A stretch of 60,405 nucleotides of DNA, filler included, from Candidatus Omnitrophota bacterium (GTDB lineage Bacteria > Omnitrophota > Gorgyraeia > JAGLLT01): the NCBI GenBank assembly GCA_023140385.1. It is 4 parts of 4 records of this genome, joined end to end, with 100 filler letters (N's around TTAATTAATTAA, not from the genome) between each part and the next. Parts side by side here need not be neighbours in the genome. Positions count along the whole stretch, not along the records: positions 1 to 22,347 come from JAGLLT010000022.1; 3 more parts are not named here. The stretch is one strand, 5' to 3'. This document shows, piece by piece, positions 1-9,906 of this stretch. Position numbers and translations under genes: made by a program. A model generated the notes under the pieces. That model was not told the DNA's origin. It was given only the letters and a program-made list of their open reading frames with translations, and searched no databases. Position 1 is the stretch's first letter, and every line of letters begins with the position of its first letter.

Positions 1-43
1 AGGTTGAAGGGCGGTTTTGTGTACTGAAAAAGAGGGTTTAAGG

Positions 44-964
44 ATGAATGTCCTTATAACGGGCGCTACCGGTTTTATCGGAAGAAACCTGGCTGAGGAG
101 TTATCAGGAAAAAAAGGGTTTAATATTTTTTGCCTGGTGAGAAATGATAAAAAGGCGGAGAGCCTGAAGCATTTGGGTGTTAAGTTCATCTACGCGGACA
201 TAACCGAGAAGCACACCTTAATGAAGATATTGAGGCATAAGGTAGATGTGGTTTTTCATTGCGCGGGTTATGTAGGCAATAAGAAGGATTTATTATACGC
301 GGTAAATGTATTAGGCACAGAAAATGTCTGTGAGTTGGCCCAAAGATTAAACGTAGAAAGATTTGTCTATTTAAGCTCTGTCTCCGTCATTAGCGGCAAT
401 ACCGAGGTACCTTTAACCGAAGAACTGCCCTATAAGGCTACCGCTGTTTACGGTAAGTCTAAAATAGAAGCGGAAAGGAAAGTTTTAGAGTTTAGAAAAA
501 GCGGCTTAAGGGCGGTAATCTTAAGGCCTTGCATGGTCTACGGGGAAGACGAGCCGCACAGCCTGAAGCTCTTGTGTTTTTTGCTAAAACACCGCTTTTT
601 CCCCTTAATAGACGACGGCAAAAAGAAACTGCATCTGGTCTATGTAAAAAATGTTGTTGAAGCTATGATATATTCTCTCGCGGGCGATGAGTTTTTAAAT
701 GGTACTTTTTTTATCGCCGATAATGAAGTTTACAGTGTTAAAACCATCTTTGAGCTTATCGCGAAAGCGGTAAAAGCCCCGCCTCCCTGGAATCTACCAT
801 CCGCCGGCAAAACTGTGCTTCTTAAAACCCCGTTTTTAGGCAAGAAGCTAAGTTTTTTCCTTAAAGACAGGATTTACAGCATTGATAGAATTAAGTCTTT
901 AGGATTTAACCCTCCTTATGAGCTTGAGGTAAGCCTCAAAAAAAGCGTAGAATCTTTTATGTAA
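44..964 (+). CDS. NAD-dependent epimerase/dehydratase (extended SDR)
   Basis: N-terminal VLITGATGFIG Rossmann motif and YGKSK (YxxxK) catalytic motif; ATG at 44 preferred over TTG at 17. Confidence 0.9.
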   Translation: MNVLITGATGFIGRNLAEELSGKKGFNIFCLVRNDKKAESLKHLGVKFIYADITEKHTLMKILRHKVDVVFHCAGYVGNKKDLLYAVNVLGTENVCELAQRLNVERFVYLSSVSVISGNTEVPLTEELPYKATAVYGKSKIEAERKVLEFRKSGLRAVILRPCMVYGEDEPHSLKLLCFLLKHRFFPLIDDGKKKLHLVYVKNVVEAMIYSLAGDEFLNGTFFIADNEVYSVKTIFELIAKAVKAPPPWNLPSAGKTVLLKTPFLGKKLSFFLKDRIYSIDRIKSLGFNPPYELEVSLKKSVESFM

Positions 965-1796
965 TTGTTTTGATGTACTTGACGACGTTGGTTGTAGTTT
1001 TGTCCGGAGTGGAGGCTCCGGAGGTAATCCCTACGCTTTCGGCTTTTTTAAACCAGGCGGGCTTGATATCTTTTTCAGACTGTATCCAGTAGCTTTGCTT
1101 GTTTAAAGACCTTGATATTTCGTAGAGCCTTTTTGTATTGGCGCTGGTCTTTGAGCCGATAATTATCATAACGTCGTTTTTAAGCGGCATTATTTTAGCT
1201 TCTTCCTGCTTTATCCTGGTGGGCCGGCAGATGGTATTGATGAATTTGAGATTGTCAATATGAGGTTTTAATTTGTTAATTATCTTAACTACCTTTTCAA
1301 TATTTTGCGTGGATTGAACGACAACCGCCGCCTTTTTAATTTTTTTAAGCGACGTATAAGGAATATTTTTTTCCGTATCAATTACCAGCGCTCTCTTTTT
1401 CAACTGGCCGGTTATTCCTTTAACCTCATCATGTTTTTTGTCACCGACAACAATAATCTTGTAGTCTTTTTTTTCCATCGCGGCGGCAATCTTATGTATC
1501 TCCTTTACCATAGGGCAAGTAGCATCGACTATTTTATAGCCGAGAAAGCGGGCTTTTTTAAAGATTTCGCGTGAGGTTCCGTGGGCTCGGATAAGAAGGG
1601 TTCTGTTCTTGCCGGCGGTTAATCTGTTAATTTTTTTGATGCCGCTTTTAGTTACGGCCCTGACAACTTCTTCATTGTGGACAATGTCTCCGAGCATGCA
1701 GGCATTTTTCCTCAAGTCGGCGGTTTCATAGGCTGTCTTTAGCGCTCTCCGCACTCCAAAACAAAAGCCGGCCGATTTTGCTACACGTATTTTCAT
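957..1796 (-). CDS. ispH: 4-hydroxy-3-methylbut-2-enyl diphosphate reductase
   Basis: AGFCFGVRRA, IVHNEEVV, IRAHG, DATCPMV, NTICRPT, SANTKRL, GITSGASTP motifs with the three cluster Cys. Confidence 0.97.
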   Translation of the reverse strand: MKIRVAKSAGFCFGVRRALKTAYETADLRKNACMLGDIVHNEEVVRAVTKSGIKKINRLTAGKNRTLLIRAHGTSREIFKKARFLGYKIVDATCPMVKEIHKIAAAMEKKDYKIIVVGDKKHDEVKGITGQLKKRALVIDTEKNIPYTSLKKIKKAAVVVQSTQNIEKVVKIINKLKPHIDNLKFINTICRPTRIKQEEAKIMPLKNDVMIIIGSKTSANTKRLYEISRSLNKQSYWIQSEKDIKPAWFKKAESVGITSGASTPDKTTTNVVKYIKTIT

Positions 1797-1805
1797 AGAA
1801 TTAAA

Positions 1806-2846
1806 CTATTTGTAGTTAAGAAGCTGTCCACAGTAATTAATCAACATATTTTTGTATTTAAGTTTCATTTTTGACTGCCGAATGATTTTTTCTGACTTTG
1901 CCAAAAGAGATTTAATCTGCCTCAAGGCATAATCCAGGGAGCCGGTATCCGTGATTAATTTTTTCATCTTTAATAAATTGTTCCGGCTGATATTTTTCTT
2001 TAATAATGTTTTTTTTATGAAGGCCTTGTCCTTTTTGCCTGAACGGTTGTAGGCGAACCAGATAAGGATGGTTTTTTTGGCTTCCTTCAGGTCTGTTAGC
2101 GTTGACTTGCCCGTTTCTTTTTCCTCGGCCAGTATATTCAAAATATCATCTCTTATCTGAAAAGCTCTGCCCAAGCTCATGCCAAATTGATGGAGAGTTT
2201 CAATTTGTTTCTTGTCGGCTCCTGCCAGAATAGCCCCGATGCTTAAGGGGGAGGAAAAGGTGTAATGAGCGGTTTTAAAATCGTATATTTTGTAGATAGT
2301 TGATTTTTTTACGCGGTCAATTCCGCGGGCTCCCTCTAAAAGTTCAATAAACTCACCCGCTTCCGTAAAAAAGGCCGCTTCAATAAATTTTTTTAACGCT
2401 CGCTCTTTTCGCTTGCTATCTTCCTTTATAGACATAAGGGCTTCTATGGAGAGGGCATAAAGCATATCACCCGCGACTATTGCCAGATCTTCACCGGTAA
2501 ATTTTAAGTTGTTGTATCTTTTAAGATGCTTGTCAAATATTCGGTGCATTGACGGCTTATTTCTTCTCAAGTCGGATTTATCAATAATATCATCGTGAAT
2601 CAGCAGAAAGTCATGCAGTAATTCTACAGACAAAGAACTTCTATAAAGATTCTTTGCCTTATTTTTCGTGAATCCAAGATAAGCGATAATGAAAAGCGCG
2701 GGGCGTACTCTTTTGCCTTCTCTTGAGACAAAGTCCTTTATGGTTCTTGAAAGCAAAGGGGATATTTTCTTGAGTGAGTAGAATTTATCGGCGGATTCCA
2801 CAAAGCGCGCGAGCTCTGAGTCAATCCTGTTTTTTATCTTAAGCAT
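1806..2846 (-). CDS. Polyprenyl diphosphate synthase (GGPP synthase-like)
   Basis: GKRVRP, first Asp-rich motif LIHDDIIDKSDLRR, KTAHY, second motif FQIRDD. Confidence 0.93.
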   Translation of the reverse strand: MLKIKNRIDSELARFVESADKFYSLKKISPLLSRTIKDFVSREGKRVRPALFIIAYLGFTKNKAKNLYRSSLSVELLHDFLLIHDDIIDKSDLRRNKPSMHRIFDKHLKRYNNLKFTGEDLAIVAGDMLYALSIEALMSIKEDSKRKERALKKFIEAAFFTEAGEFIELLEGARGIDRVKKSTIYKIYDFKTAHYTFSSPLSIGAILAGADKKQIETLHQFGMSLGRAFQIRDDILNILAEEKETGKSTLTDLKEAKKTILIWFAYNRSGKKDKAFIKKTLLKKNISRNNLLKMKKLITDTGSLDYALRQIKSLLAKSEKIIRQSKMKLKYKNMLINYCGQLLNYK

Positions 2847-2879
2847 TATTTTTCTGTACCAGCTAAACTACCAATTAAA

Positions 2880-3269
2880 TTAGAGGGTTATATTTTTATA
2901 GTGGTTAAGGCGTTCTACTTTTCTGTTTTTGTCAAGAACCACGCAAAGGGCGTCTATTCTACAGTTCTTTTGACAGTTTTTTATGGCTATGTAAGCCTCG
3001 GCGTTTCTAATAAGCCTGCTTATTTTGTTTTTATTTATAGTTTCTTCAGGAGTTCCGAACTGCTCTCCTATCTTTGTCCTTACCTCTATAAATACCAAGA
3101 CATCTTTATCGTACGCGATTAAATCAATTTCCGCGTATTTGGTTCTGTAATTCAGTTCAACAACGTGATATCCGTTATCTTCCAGATATTTTTTCGCGAT
3201 AGCCTCTCCCAGGCGTCCTGTTTCAAGATTTTTTGTTTTTACCCCGTTAGAAATTTGCATATTCTTCAT
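2880..3269 (-). CDS. yraN: YraN family (UPF0102) nuclease-fold protein
   Basis: GEAIAKKYL, NYR...EIDLIA, LVFIEVRTK, CRID motifs; adjacent to YifB/ComM. Confidence 0.92.
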   Translation of the reverse strand: MKNMQISNGVKTKNLETGRLGEAIAKKYLEDNGYHVVELNYRTKYAEIDLIAYDKDVLVFIEVRTKIGEQFGTPEETINKNKISRLIRNAEAYIAIKNCQKNCRIDALCVVLDKNRKVERLNHYKNITL

Positions 3270-4804
3270 TCTCTCTCTTGAACTCTTGGCCTATACTGTA
3301 ACGCCTCCGCCATATGGTTGACAGCTATATCCCGGCTATCACCCAAATCGGCGATAGTTCGGGCTACTTTTATCATCTTAAAATAAGACCGCGCCGAAAG
3401 CTGAAAGTTCATGCCGGCTTGCTGAAGCAGATGTCTTACCTCTTTTGAGAGAGGGCAATGTTTTTTAATGTGCTTATTTTTCATTTCCGCGTTAGTATGA
3501 ATTCCATCATCAAAAAATCTGTTTTTCTGCGTTTCTCTCGCCTTTATTACGCGTCCGCGTATTATAACAGACGGCTCCAATTGGTCTTTTAGCTGCCTGT
3601 CTTTGGCAAGTTCTTTAATATCAACTACCGGCACGTCTATATGCAGGTCTATGCGGTCCAAAATAGGGCCGGAGACCCGCTTTCTATATTTTTCTACTTC
3701 TCTTGATGTACAAAGACAGGGTTTTTTGGGGTGATGTAAATAACCGCAGGGGCAGGGATTAGCTGAAGCGATTAGCACAAACCGCGAGGGATAAGTGACC
3801 CGCTCTCTGCTTCTTGAAATAGTAAGAGAACCGTCTTCCAGCGGCTGTCTAAGAGCCTCTAACACTGAGCGCGGGAACTCACTGAACTCATCTAAGAACA
3901 GTATGCCGCGGTGGGATAAACTTACTTCTCCCGGCTGAGGCTTTGTGCCTCCGCCGATAAGCCCTACGCGGGAAATAGTGTGGTGAGGCGCTCTAAAGGG
4001 GCGCGTTTTAACGAGCGAGCCTTCAGGCGGAATACGCCCGGAAGCCGAATAAATTTTTGTAACCTCAAGTGATTCTTTTTCTGTTAATGAAGGCAGGATG
4101 CCGGCAAGCGCCCGGGCAAGCATTGTTTTTCCGGAGCCCGGGGTGCCGACTAAAAAGAGATTATGCCCGCCCGAAGCTGAGATTTCCGCCGCTCTTTTCG
4201 CTTGTTCCTGGCCCAGAATTTCCGCCATATCAAATTCGGCTTGGACATTCATCCAATTGTCTTTTACCTCTATGTATTCAGCCGGCTTAAGGTCTGTTTC
4301 ACCCGAAAAATACGATAGCAACTGGTTGAGACTTTCTACCGGATAAACATTAACTCCTTTAACAATGGCCGCTTCATTGGCCGAGGTTTTGGGTACAAAT
4401 ATGTTTTTGATTCCTTTTTCTTTCGCGAACAGTGATAGCAGTAACGCTCCTCTGGTATGGCGCAGTGTGCCGTCAAGAGAAAGTTCGCCGAAAAAAAGGC
4501 TTTCCCCGGGCAGTTGGCACCCTGTGACCGAAGCCAAAATGCCTACGGCAATCGGCAAATCATAGAAAGAACCCTCCTTAGGGATATCAGCGGGAGCCAG
4601 ATTAACCGTAATTCTCCTGGAAGGAAATTGAATATGAGAATTAATAATCGCGGTTTTTACCCGGTCTCTACTCTCGTCAACCGCTTTACTGGGCAGGCCG
4701 ATGATTTCAAAAGCAGGCAGGCCTTTGCCGGCTACATTAACTTCTACGTCTATCGCGATGGTCTGAAGGCCCGAGTTCGACGCTGAGGAGACTTTAATTA
4801 ACAT
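3266..4804 (-). CDS. comM: YifB/ComM Mg-chelatase-like AAA+ ATPase (DNA branch-migration helicase)
   Basis: ITVNLAPADIPKEG, Walker A GTPGSGKT, PFRAPHHT, LFLDEFSEF, NPCPCG, SGPILDRID; start taken at MLIKV. Confidence 0.95.
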   Translation of the reverse strand: MLIKVSSASNSGLQTIAIDVEVNVAGKGLPAFEIIGLPSKAVDESRDRVKTAIINSHIQFPSRRITVNLAPADIPKEGSFYDLPIAVGILASVTGCQLPGESLFFGELSLDGTLRHTRGALLLSLFAKEKGIKNIFVPKTSANEAAIVKGVNVYPVESLNQLLSYFSGETDLKPAEYIEVKDNWMNVQAEFDMAEILGQEQAKRAAEISASGGHNLFLVGTPGSGKTMLARALAGILPSLTEKESLEVTKIYSASGRIPPEGSLVKTRPFRAPHHTISRVGLIGGGTKPQPGEVSLSHRGILFLDEFSEFPRSVLEALRQPLEDGSLTISRSRERVTYPSRFVLIASANPCPCGYLHHPKKPCLCTSREVEKYRKRVSGPILDRIDLHIDVPVVDIKELAKDRQLKDQLEPSVIIRGRVIKARETQKNRFFDDGIHTNAEMKNKHIKKHCPLSKEVRHLLQQAGMNFQLSARSYFKMIKVARTIADLGDSRDIAVNHMAEALQYRPRVQERE

Positions 4805-5654
4805 AATATTTTCCTTCTTCTTCAAATAGGAAGCCTTTTAGCTGCATAAGTGAAACGCTTGTGCCGATTTCGGAAGCCGTAACTTCTAATAAGCGGGAGA
4901 GAGCGTCAATTCTCATCGGCTCTTGCTGTAATTTTTCTACTATATTCCGCTCCAGTTTGTTTAAGTTTGAAGAGCGCAACTTTTCTCCTGAAATCTTGTG
5001 ATTTGATATGCCATAAGCCGCCAGGATATCTTGCGCGCAGGTTACGATGCTTGCCCCAGCCTTAATTAGCCGAAGAGTTCCTTTTGACTGCGTGCTGGTA
5101 AGCTGGCCGGGAACCGCGAAAAGTTTCCTTTTGTATTTTTCGGTAAGGCCGGCGGTGATTAAAGATCCGCTCTTCTGTCCCGCCTCAATAACCATAGTTG
5201 CCAAAGACAGCCCGGCTACAATTCTGTTTCTCTTTGGGTAAGTCCAGAGTGCCGGAGGAAAGGCGCCTTCAAATTCTGAAATAATGAGCCCGTCGTTTTT
5301 TAATATCTCTTTATATAAATCTGCCTGATATTCGGGGTGAATTAGATCAATCCCGCAGGGCATAACGGCGATGGTTTTGCCTCCCGCCGCGAGCGCCGCT
5401 TTGTGGGCCGTAGCATCAATTCCGTACATAAAACCGGAAACAATCGTTATGCCGGCCGCCGCTATTTCCGATACCAGTTTAGCGGTAATTTGCCGGCCGT
5501 AACTTGTCATTTTCCTTGATCCTACAACCGCCAGGCATTTTTCAAAGAGCGCGGCATTCCAATTTCCTTTATAGTAGAACTTTTCGGGGGGTTGGTCGAT
5601 TTTTTTAAGAAGTGGGGGGTATTTAGGATCACTAATTTCAACTATATTCTTCAT
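4794..5654 (-). CDS. dprA: DNA-processing protein DprA (short form, no N-terminal SAM domain)
   Basis: YPPLL, AVVGSR, IVSGFMYGID, RNRIVAGLS, EAGQKSGSLIT, FAVPG and C-terminal winged helix; ATG 5654 lies downstream of the predicted promoter. Confidence 0.93.
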   Translation of the reverse strand: MKNIVEISDPKYPPLLKKIDQPPEKFYYKGNWNAALFEKCLAVVGSRKMTSYGRQITAKLVSEIAAAGITIVSGFMYGIDATAHKAALAAGGKTIAVMPCGIDLIHPEYQADLYKEILKNDGLIISEFEGAFPPALWTYPKRNRIVAGLSLATMVIEAGQKSGSLITAGLTEKYKRKLFAVPGQLTSTQSKGTLRLIKAGASIVTCAQDILAAYGISNHKISGEKLRSSNLNKLERNIVEKLQQEPMRIDALSRLLEVTASEIGTSVSLMQLKGFLFEEEGKYYVN

Positions 5655-5706
5655 ACTTTCGCGGCAACTAATTGATTGAGAGTTACTTAAGGACAACCTT
5701 GAATTG

Positions 5707-5735
5707 AGTTTACAGTAGGCGGGTTTTATTGTCAA
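5707..5735 (-). promoter_or_regulatory. Sigma70-type promoter of the dprA-comM-yraN operon
   Basis: Minus strand TTGACA-17 nt-TAAACT. Confidence 0.65.
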
Positions 5736-5857
5736 GTGTTTAGTTTGGTTGTAGTGTTCAAAATATAATATCCTATCGGTAGTATTTAATTGTTTAAAAC
5801 ACGCCTTGTTTATGGTAATATACTCAGTAATAAGACTATAAAAACTAAAGGTTTGTT

Positions 5858-6592
5858 ATGGGGATTTTAGAGATTAAAAATTTGAGTTTGTCCTTAAGCG
5901 GGAATGATATATTGCATAATATCAGTCTTGAATTTACAGAAGGGCATATTCACGCTATTATTGGCCCTAACGGAGCCGGCAAATCAACGCTTGCCTTTAC
6001 GGTAATGGGGCTTGAGGGCTATAAGAACTTTGAGGGGGATATTTTGCTTGACGGCCGCTCAATTAAAAATATGCCGGTTGATGGACGCGCTAAAGCGGGC
6101 ATAACACTTGGCTGGCAGGAGCCGGCCCGCTACGAAGGCTTAAGCGTGAAGGAGTTTATGCGGGCCTCAGCTAAAGATAAGAGTGATAAAGCTATTAAAG
6201 AAGCTCTTATAAAGGTGGCTTTAGACCCCGCTGTTTATTTAAAAAGGGCCGTTGATAAGACTTTGAGCGGCGGAGAGAGAAAAAAGGTTGAACTGGCCTC
6301 AATTTTGGTTATGATGCCCAGAGTAGTTATGCTGGACGAGCCGGATTCGGGCATTGACGTGGCTTCGCTGAAAAACATTTTTGAGACTATAAGGTTATTA
6401 AAAAAGGGCGGTTCGACGGTTATTTTAATTACCCACAGCCTGACAGTGCTGGATGAGGCGGAAGACGCTTTTTTAATCTGCCATGGGCGTCTTGTGGAAA
6501 AGGGAAGCGGCAGGAAGATGCGCCATTATTTTAAAGGCAGATGCCTGCCCTGTAACCATCAGAATGAACCCGGGGAGACAGAGGGTGAATAA
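5858..6592 (+). CDS. sufC: SufC/SmsC-like ABC ATPase of Fe-S assembly
   Basis: GPNGAGKST, LSGGERK, LDEPDSGID, ITH motifs; C-terminal LICHG...CLPC Cys motif. Confidence 0.88.
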   Translation: MGILEIKNLSLSLSGNDILHNISLEFTEGHIHAIIGPNGAGKSTLAFTVMGLEGYKNFEGDILLDGRSIKNMPVDGRAKAGITLGWQEPARYEGLSVKEFMRASAKDKSDKAIKEALIKVALDPAVYLKRAVDKTLSGGERKKVELASILVMMPRVVMLDEPDSGIDVASLKNIFETIRLLKKGGSTVILITHSLTVLDEAEDAFLICHGRLVEKGSGRKMRHYFKGRCLPCNHQNEPGETEGE

Positions 6593-7514
6593 CTTAGATG
6601 CCGAGCGCCTTTACAAGACAGCTGGTATAGAGGAAGCGTTGAATGATCCTCAGACGGCCCATCTTACAATAAGCCATGACAAGGTTGTTAGTTCGAGGAG
6701 TTTGCCGGGCCTGGAGGTTATCGCCAAAGAGATAAAAGATGGTGTGGATATAAAAATAGTCCTCAATGAAGGTATAGTTATAAAAAATCCGGTTCATATG
6801 TGCTTCGGCATGCTTAAAAAAGAAGGCATTCAGCGAATACTTTTAGATATAGACATAAAAAGAAAAGCGGCTATTTCGGTGCTGGCGCATTGTATTTTTC
6901 CCGATGCCGTAAAGGTACAGCACATAATGGACGGTAAAATAAAAGTGGGAGAGGGAGCCAGTTATTTATACTTTGAGAAACATATTCACGCTGAGACAGG
7001 CGGGGTTGAGGTCTATCCAAAGGCGCGGGTTTTTCTTTCGGACAAAGCCCGCTTTAAAACAGAGTTTGAACTTTTAAAAGGCAGAGTCGGTAAAATATTT
7101 ATAGATTATGAAACAACTTGCCTAAAAGAAAGCGTGATGGAGATGACCGCCAGAATAAGCGGCAGGGGCGATGATATTATAAACATTAAAGAGTCCGGTT
7201 TGCTTGAAGGCGAAGGCTCGAGAGGGGTTTTAACTTCAAGGGTTGCCGTAAGAGAAAATGCCAGAGCGGAGGTTTTTAATAAACTTATTGCTACGGCTCC
7301 CTATGCCAGGGGCCATGTTGACTGTAAGGAGATCGTGCAGGACAAGGCTACTGCCAGCGCTGTACCCATCGTTGAGGTTAAAAATCCCAAGGCCCACATT
7401 ACCCACGAGGCGGCTATTGGAAGCGTTGATTCGAAACAGCTTCAGACGTTAATGTCCCGCGGCCTGTCGGAAGAAGAGGCCGTTGAGACCATTATTAAAG
7501 GGCTGTTGAGTTGA
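6585..7514 (+). CDS. sufB: SufB/SufD-family (SmsB-like) Fe-S scaffold
   Basis: PVHMCFG, AHC, RGHVDCKEIV, AHITHEAAIGSVD...LMSRGLSEEEA; GTG 6585 overlaps the sufC end. Confidence 0.87.
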   Translation: MNNLDAERLYKTAGIEEALNDPQTAHLTISHDKVVSSRSLPGLEVIAKEIKDGVDIKIVLNEGIVIKNPVHMCFGMLKKEGIQRILLDIDIKRKAAISVLAHCIFPDAVKVQHIMDGKIKVGEGASYLYFEKHIHAETGGVEVYPKARVFLSDKARFKTEFELLKGRVGKIFIDYETTCLKESVMEMTARISGRGDDIINIKESGLLEGEGSRGVLTSRVAVRENARAEVFNKLIATAPYARGHVDCKEIVQDKATASAVPIVEVKNPKAHITHEAAIGSVDSKQLQTLMSRGLSEEEAVETIIKGLLS

Positions 7515-7586
7515 GGGACAGAGGAAGTTAGAAGACTCCTTGCTTAAACAAGCTAAAATTTTCTTCGATAATTTTAGCTTAAGCTT

Positions 7587-7651
7587 CGGAGTTAATTCGG
7601 GCATATCAATTATGTTCACTTTGTTCCATAACTGATGCCCTCATTAAGGAG
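7587..7651 (+). repeat. Hairpin-plus-RBS repeat (module R), copy A
   Basis: CGGAGTTAATTC-GGGCATATCAATTATG-loop-CATAACTGATGCCC-TCATTAAGGAG; homologous to 16531, 16681 and 59797. Confidence 0.88.
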
Positions 7652-7659
7652 ACTAATTT

Positions 7660-8613
7660 ATGAAACTGATTATTCAAATTCCCTGCCTGAATGAAGAGAA
7701 AACCCTTCCTGTGACGCTAAAGGATATTCCCAGGCAGATTGAAGGCGTTGATGAGATTGAGATATTGGTTATTGATGACGGGAGCACCGATAAGACCTCT
7801 GATATTGCCGGAGAAAACGGAGCTCAGCACATACTTCGTCTAAATAGAAATACCGGCCTTGCCTATGCCTTTAAGTCGGGGATTGAAGAGTCTCTCAGGC
7901 TGGGAGCCGATATTATTGTTAATACAGATGCTGACAATCAATATGACGGCGGCTCTATTCCCGATTTAATTAAGCCGATTATAAATAAAGAAGCTGATAT
8001 TGTTATCGGTAACAGAGAGATTTTAAAGGCCGGGCGGCAGGGTTTTATTAAAGGTGTTTTGCAGTTTATAGGCAGTTGGGTGGTTTCCCGGCTTTCCGGG
8101 CTTAAGATTAAGGACGTAACCAGCGGCTTCAGGGCTTTTTCGAGGGAGGCGGCAATGAAATTAAACATCGTGAGTGATTTTTCTTATACCCTTGAGACTA
8201 TTATCCAGGCAGGAGAGAAGGGGCTGGTGGTAAAAGACGTTCCCGTGAAAACTAACGGCCCTTTAAGAAAGTCCCGCCTTTTTACGAGTATTTTTCATTA
8301 TGTACAAAGATCAACGGCAACGATTATTAAAGTTTATGTTGCCTATGAGGGTTTCAGAGTTTTTGTGACTACCGGCGCGGTACTTATCTCCCTGGGCGTG
8401 CTTTTTGTATTGAGATTTTTATATTTCTATGTTACTGGCCTAAATCCCTCCGGCCACATTCAGTCATTAATTATCGCTTCCATCCTCATTACCGTCGGTT
8501 TTCTCGTTACTATGCTGGGACTGTTAACAGACCTTGTTTGCGGCACCAGAAGGATCGCGGAGGATACTTTAATAAAAGTTAAAGAGATTGAAGTTAACAA
8601 AGAAAAAAAATAA
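7660..8613 (+). CDS. Glycosyltransferase family 2 (Dol-P/Und-P sugar synthase-like, two C-terminal TM helices)
   Basis: IQIPCLNEE, VIDDGSTD, NTDADNQY, DVTSGFRAF. Confidence 0.92.
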   Translation: MKLIIQIPCLNEEKTLPVTLKDIPRQIEGVDEIEILVIDDGSTDKTSDIAGENGAQHILRLNRNTGLAYAFKSGIEESLRLGADIIVNTDADNQYDGGSIPDLIKPIINKEADIVIGNREILKAGRQGFIKGVLQFIGSWVVSRLSGLKIKDVTSGFRAFSREAAMKLNIVSDFSYTLETIIQAGEKGLVVKDVPVKTNGPLRKSRLFTSIFHYVQRSTATIIKVYVAYEGFRVFVTTGAVLISLGVLFVLRFLYFYVTGLNPSGHIQSLIIASILITVGFLVTMLGLLTDLVCGTRRIAEDTLIKVKEIEVNKEKK

Positions 8614-8674
8614 TCCAAAACTGTTCATTGCTATTGATATAAAACAAGAAGAATAAATTTAAGTAGAGTAAAAT

Positions 8675-9763
8675 ATGATCTTGTTTATCACAAGAAAATA
8701 TCCTCCCTCAATAGGAGGGATGCAAAAGTTCAGCTATGAGTTAATCACTGCTGTAAGCAAGTCAAGCAAGATTTTTGTTATTGCGTGGGGAAAATCGCAG
8801 ATTTTTTTACCCTTTTTTCTTTTGTACGCATTATTAAAAGCTATCTACATAATTGTTCTGAAACAAGTTGAAGTTGTTCACTTGGGTGACGCTGTATTAT
8901 CTCCACTTGGTATTATATTAAGAAAGTTATTTCATATACCTATACTTGTGACGGTATATGGATTAGATATTACATATCCAGCGAAGATATACCAATATTT
9001 TATTCCCAAGTTAGTAAATAAATGCGATAAGATAGTGTGTATTAGCAAACAAACTCAGAATGAATGTTTAAAGCGAAACATTTCGAAAGAAAAAACCGTT
9101 GTTATTCCCATTGGCGTTAATGCAATGGTCAAAACAGCCGCAAATTTGGCAGATGTCCGAGAAATTGAAAAACATATTTATTGCGCCATAGAAAGTAAAG
9201 TAATTCTATTAACTGTTGGAAGATTAGTAAAACGTAAAGGGGTAAGACATTTTCTTTCTGAAGCGTTTCCAAAAATTGTTGCTAAGAATAAAAATGTAAT
9301 CTACTTCATTGTCGGTAATGGAGAGGAATATCCCAAAATAAAAAAGGCAATCAAGAAACTTAATCTTGAGAAAAATGTTTTTTTATTTAGGCAGGTAAAA
9401 AAAGAATTATTAGATACTATCTATAAAATTTCAAATATTTTCATTATGCCTAATATTCCTGTCAAGGGAGATATGGAAGGATTTGGAATTGTGGCTTTGG
9501 AAGCATGTGTTGCTGGTTTGCCAGTGGTAGCCTCTAAATTGGAAGGAATACAAGATGCTATTTCAGATGGCGAGAATGGTTTTTTAGTTAATTACGATGA
9601 CAACCAATCCTTTGTAAATATTATTTTAAGATTAACAAATAATCCTAAATATAGAAAAGAAATTGGAGAAAAAGCAAGGTTATATACGTTGAATAAGTTT
9701 AATTGGCAGAATGTTGCAAATAGGTATATTGATGTTTTTAATAGTTTGAAAGAACCTAAATAA
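8675..9763 (+). CDS. Glycosyltransferase family 4
   Basis: YPPSIGGMQ, TVGRLVKRKG, EGFGIVALEA. Confidence 0.92.
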   Translation: MILFITRKYPPSIGGMQKFSYELITAVSKSSKIFVIAWGKSQIFLPFFLLYALLKAIYIIVLKQVEVVHLGDAVLSPLGIILRKLFHIPILVTVYGLDITYPAKIYQYFIPKLVNKCDKIVCISKQTQNECLKRNISKEKTVVIPIGVNAMVKTAANLADVREIEKHIYCAIESKVILLTVGRLVKRKGVRHFLSEAFPKIVAKNKNVIYFIVGNGEEYPKIKKAIKKLNLEKNVFLFRQVKKELLDTIYKISNIFIMPNIPVKGDMEGFGIVALEACVAGLPVVASKLEGIQDAISDGENGFLVNYDDNQSFVNIILRLTNNPKYRKEIGEKARLYTLNKFNWQNVANRYIDVFNSLKEPK

Positions 9764-9906
9764 TGAAAATTATCAGAAATTTAACGAAAATGCAAGTCAG
9801 ATGACAGGATATAATTACTCATTAGATGCCAGCAATGAAATATCTTTGAAGGCTTAGGAAATGGGTAAAAGAATTTGTAATGGAGTTAACATATTAAAAC
9901 TAAACT

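Noticed and set aside
3238..3254. TTTACCCCGTTAGAAAT in the yraN 5' end, reminiscent of a repeat arm
   Set aside because: Only one copy and no partner arm in the window, so it cannot be supported.
5655..5735. Longer N-termini from the ORF track for dprA (also sufB, pgi, gcvPA, the TPR and GspK-like genes)
   Set aside because: The extensions overlap promoters or upstream genes; internal starts fit family N-termini better.
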